From an uncultured Nitrososphaerales archaeon (GTDB taxonomy: Archaea > Thermoproteota > Nitrososphaeria > Nitrososphaerales > Nitrososphaeraceae), in assembly GCA_963841565.1 (NCBI GenBank), contig CAWJCY010000003.1, forward strand, positions 96,001-160,000: a DNA stretch of 64,000 nucleotides. Reading direction: 5' to 3'. The position numbers were made by a program, and so were the translations under genes. This document shows, piece by piece, positions 61,202 to 64,000 of this stretch; the stretch's first letter is position 1, and each line of letters begins with the position of its first letter. Under the pieces are notes generated by a model. It was given only the letters and a program-made list of their open reading frames with translations. It had not been told where the DNA came from and searched no databases.

Positions 61202-62162
61202 TATCCTGAATCATTTGTATATCTCTACTTGGATCGTTACCATTTGTAGTCAAATATCCTCCTGTAATTATGCCGTTCGCTCCTGCTCTTAACGCTAAAT
61301 TGTCGTCGTCTCTAAAATATACTTCCCTTCCTGCAGCAATCTTGATAATCGGCGTTGGCATTAAGAATCTCCACACAGCGATTGTTTTGATTGCATCGAT
61401 AGGACTGACGCCATGAAGGGTTTCAAAAGGAGTCCCTGACTTGGGTATCAGAATGTTAATTGGCACCTCGTTAGGTGATAAATCTCTGATGGAATACGCA
61501 AGCTCTAATCTCTGCTTTGTGGTTTCGCCCATGCCTATAATACCCCCACAACATAACTCAAGGCCGGCTTCTTTAACTATGCGTGCTGTATTCACTCTAT
61601 CTGAAAAATCGTGAGTCCTACATATTTGAGAAAAATAGGTCTCAGCTGTTTCTAGGTTGTGATTATATCTCTTTACTCCAATCATTTTTAAACGTTCAGC
61701 CCGTTCCTTCGTCATGAAGCCTAAAGAAACATTTACATCAATCTCTAAATATTCCTTTATATATTGTATTATACCACATATATAATTAAAATCGTTTTCG
61801 GGTGGCGATCTGTATGCACACACCAAACAAAAGCTATTTGCGCCAGATTCCTTGGCCCTTTGGGCTCGTCCTAGGACCGTCTCTTTTGTAAGTAACGGAT
61901 ACTTGTTAATTTTGCTTTCATAAAAAGACGATTGAGCACAAAAAGAACAGTCCTCTGGACAACTGCCAGACTTTGCATTAAGCAGCATTTCCACATCTAT
62001 CTGATCCTCACTAAATTTTCGAGCTATTCTATTAGCAGATTCTGCTAAAATTTGGATGTCAGTAGTCTTGAGGAGTCGCTCAGCTTCAGTAAGTCGTATT
62101 TCAAACCCTGAATTGACCTTATTCTCCATTTCAGCTATGAACTCGGCGTCGTCCGCCATCAA
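61182..62162 (-). CDS. bioB: Biotin synthase
   Basis: KSGSCPEDCSFCAQS (radical SAM), YNHNLET, CCGGIIGMGET, VPIN, AAGRE, YLTT. Confidence 0.97.
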   Translation of the reverse strand: MMADDAEFIAEMENKVNSGFEIRLTEAERLLKTTDIQILAESANRIARKFSEDQIDVEMLLNAKSGSCPEDCSFCAQSSFYESKINKYPLLTKETVLGRAQRAKESGANSFCLVCAYRSPPENDFNYICGIIQYIKEYLEIDVNVSLGFMTKERAERLKMIGVKRYNHNLETAETYFSQICRTHDFSDRVNTARIVKEAGLELCCGGIIGMGETTKQRLELAYSIRDLSPNEVPINILIPKSGTPFETLHGVSPIDAIKTIAVWRFLMPTPIIKIAAGREVYFRDDDNLALRAGANGIITGGYLTTNGNDPSRDIQMIQDIGINQG

Positions 62163-62219
62163 TCTATGGAAGAATACTGAATCATATAATTAACTTTCGG
62201 ATTCATTTGTACATCACAA

Positions 62220-62249
62220 AACCTTTCAAAATACGAAATTTGAAAGATT
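62220..62249. repeat. Copy 4 of the dispersed palindrome
   Basis: AACCTTTCAAAATACGAAATTTGAAAGATT; 62223-62245 matches 59770-59792 at 21/23; lies in the bioB divergent promoter region. Confidence 0.65.
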
Positions 62250-62277
62250 TTTATATTTTTCTATTGTAAGAAAAACA

Positions 62278-62601
62278 ATGAGAGAAATCCGACTAGATCT
62301 TGAACTTTCAGATAAAGAGTATGCTGAGATATCAAAATACGCCAAATCGCTACCACCCCCAATGCTACTTTTCGGGTTAAGATTTGCATATAGAAGATTC
62401 ATGGCCGTTTCTGGAGGGTACTTGTTTCCTGGGAGAAAGAGTATCGTTAAAAGAGAAACCCACATGATTACCAAAGTACAAGCTACACGTCGACTTAAAG
62501 GTTGGAAATCGATGATAAGAATATATCGAGAGAAAGGCTATAGCTATCCAACTATTTCTAGAATAAAGAAACAGTTAATCAACCTAGCTGAAGACAGCTG
62601 A
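62278..62601 (+). CDS. Basic hypothetical protein
   Basis: 107 aa; C-terminal YREKGYSYPTISRIK may be HTH-like; divergent from bioB. Confidence 0.75.
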   Translation: MREIRLDLELSDKEYAEISKYAKSLPPPMLLFGLRFAYRRFMAVSGGYLFPGRKSIVKRETHMITKVQATRRLKGWKSMIRIYREKGYSYPTISRIKKQLINLAEDS

Positions 62602-62681
62602 TTTCCGGTTTCAACTCGAATTGTTGAGAACGCCTCAATTCAGTCTTTAGATTTTGATGGAATATCGAACCGGATTTCTCG

Positions 62682-63633
62682 CTATGATACAGGGAATTGT
62701 CCACAAAGTTGGCAGTAATTTGAAAGAAAGGAAACGCAATTTCCACAACCAGGACAGGTCAATTCTGGACAGTCGCACCTCTCTTCGAGGGAAAAATTGC
62801 GCATAAAACATCTAAAGTAATGCAGGTGTTCCTTATCTCTTATAAATACACCTTCGTCCTTAACTATCCGGGCCTCCTCGACAAACGAAAAATTATTGTA
62901 GCTATTTTCAATAATTTCTCTAATTCTAGTGATTCCAGCACCCTCTTCCTGTGCCTGTTTCTTTCTCCAACAAATCTCTTCCCCTATCTCACCTCGAAAA
63001 CATCGCCGCAAGAACATTTTACCCCAAACGCTGTTTCTATAGAATCCAACCAAATCCGAGATTGGAATCAATTCGGCTACACGAACTACTTTTTCATTAA
63101 GAAATGGCGCAATGATTTTCACATTCAGACTCTCACCTAATCTAAAGGTTGGAAAGGTCATAATTGCCCTTAAACGGGATATTTCACTTTCGAGACGCGA
63201 TGGGTTATTTAAATATCTTTTCAGAAAATTGTAACCAGCAAATATTTCGTCACCACCATCACCAGTATAAACACATTTAAGCCCATTAGAATTAGCCACT
63301 TCCAAAGCGGCGTATGGAACAACAGAGTTCCTAATTGTTATTGGGTCAAATGTTTTTAAAGCGACAACGACCTTATCAATTAATCCTAACACTTCCTGAG
63401 TTGAGAGGATTCTCGTTATCTTCTTTCTAACGAATTTAAGAGCCGCCGCGTCAGCATATTTCAAGTCAGATGCTTCCGAGCCAAATCCAATAGTGATGGA
63501 GTACTCAGGCTTACGAATGGCCGTTATGATACTGCTATCTAGCCCTCCTGAAAGCGAGCACGGTATCACAAACTTCATCCCATATGGAAGATCGAATTGA
63601 ATCCCTTAACCTCCTGCATAGCATATCCTTCAC
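62682..63633 (-). CDS. Asparagine synthase C-terminal-domain (ATP pyrophosphatase) protein with C-terminal Zn ribbon; +1 frameshift at ~63558
   Basis: SLSGGLDSS PP-loop, TGDGGDEIFAGY, GKMFLR, CPGCG..CQLCG; the upstream frame from GTG 63633/ATG 63624 reads ..LRDSIRSSIWDEVCDTV and joins SLSGG when one base is removed. Confidence 0.82.
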
Positions 63634-63733
63634 TTGTAACAGAATAGGTTGACAGTCGCTATATCACTTATTCGAAGTTGTCGTTGATAATCTATTTCGT
63701 ATATGGATTGCGCTTCATCAATTCAGCATCTGA

Positions 63734-64000
63734 TTAGTTCACATTACTATATACATGATCTCGGGATTTGGAAGGATTATGCTCATTTTCAAAGTCTAGA
63801 ATTTCAGGAACTGAGGGAAGCATGGACACCATCTGCTCATATTTTCTGAGATAGAAAACACCTGATTCAGTCGTCTTATATAGTCCAGTTGTTTCAGAAT
63901 ATTCAATTAGCCCCTTTTCTATTCCAACGGCCAGATATCTTATTAGTTGTGAGTGTGAAATTGCCGCAGTATTCATTATACTTGTCTTATATTCCCAACT
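63734..64000 (-). CDS. Winged-helix protein (partial, 5' end beyond the window)
   Basis: Frame open to the window end: SWEYKTSIMNTAAISHSQLIRYL..KGLIEY...YKTTESG..YLRKYEQM. Confidence 0.82.
   Translation of the reverse strand, partial: SWEYKTSIMNTAAISHSQLIRYLAVGIEKGLIEYSETTGLYKTTESGVFYLRKYEQMVSMLPSVPEILDFENEHNPSKSRDHVYSNVN

Noticed and set aside
56415-64000. Classical tRNA-integrated island or provirus at tRNA-Asn
   Set aside because: The recombinase lies on the 5' side of the tRNA; no duplicated tRNA fragment, tyrosine integrase or viral genes were seen.
1-64000. CRISPR arrays, rRNA genes, IS elements, defence systems
   Set aside because: No repeat-spacer arrays, rRNA signatures, transposases or recognisable defence genes were seen.

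Overview
Core-genome segment of an ammonia-oxidizing archaeon, most likely Nitrososphaeraceae (Thaumarchaeota). The assignment rests on a Ser-type thaumarchaeosortase, F420 genes, intron-containing tRNAs and a ribosomal-protein operon lacking rpl2. The window holds partial sucC, thi4/thiDN, trxB, a serB-cofE-tusA-cysteine synthase cluster, proS, pyrD/pyrK, most purine genes (purD,N,K,E,F,L,Q,S,C), proteasome alpha, the L3-L6 r-protein operon, a thiolase/DUF35 operon, a lone serine recombinase, a bioA/D/F/B cluster and four tRNAs. Main observations: (1) a 22-28 bp palindrome, TTTC-N6-CG-N6-GAAA, occurs four times in intergenic DNA within ~10 kb around the recombinase and biotin genes, and a res-like inverted-repeat array sits upstream of the recombinase; (2) six genes, including two essential r-protein genes, carry +1 frameshifts, three at AGCT, which suggests a methylation-induced sequencing artefact rather than pseudogenes; (3) a tRNA(UGU) lacks the usual Thr acceptor-stem identity pairs; (4) two small ORFs missed by the ORF track have well-spaced TATA boxes, and serB and tusA-cysM share a palindromic promoter element. 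All calls come from motif recognition by eye; no searches were run.
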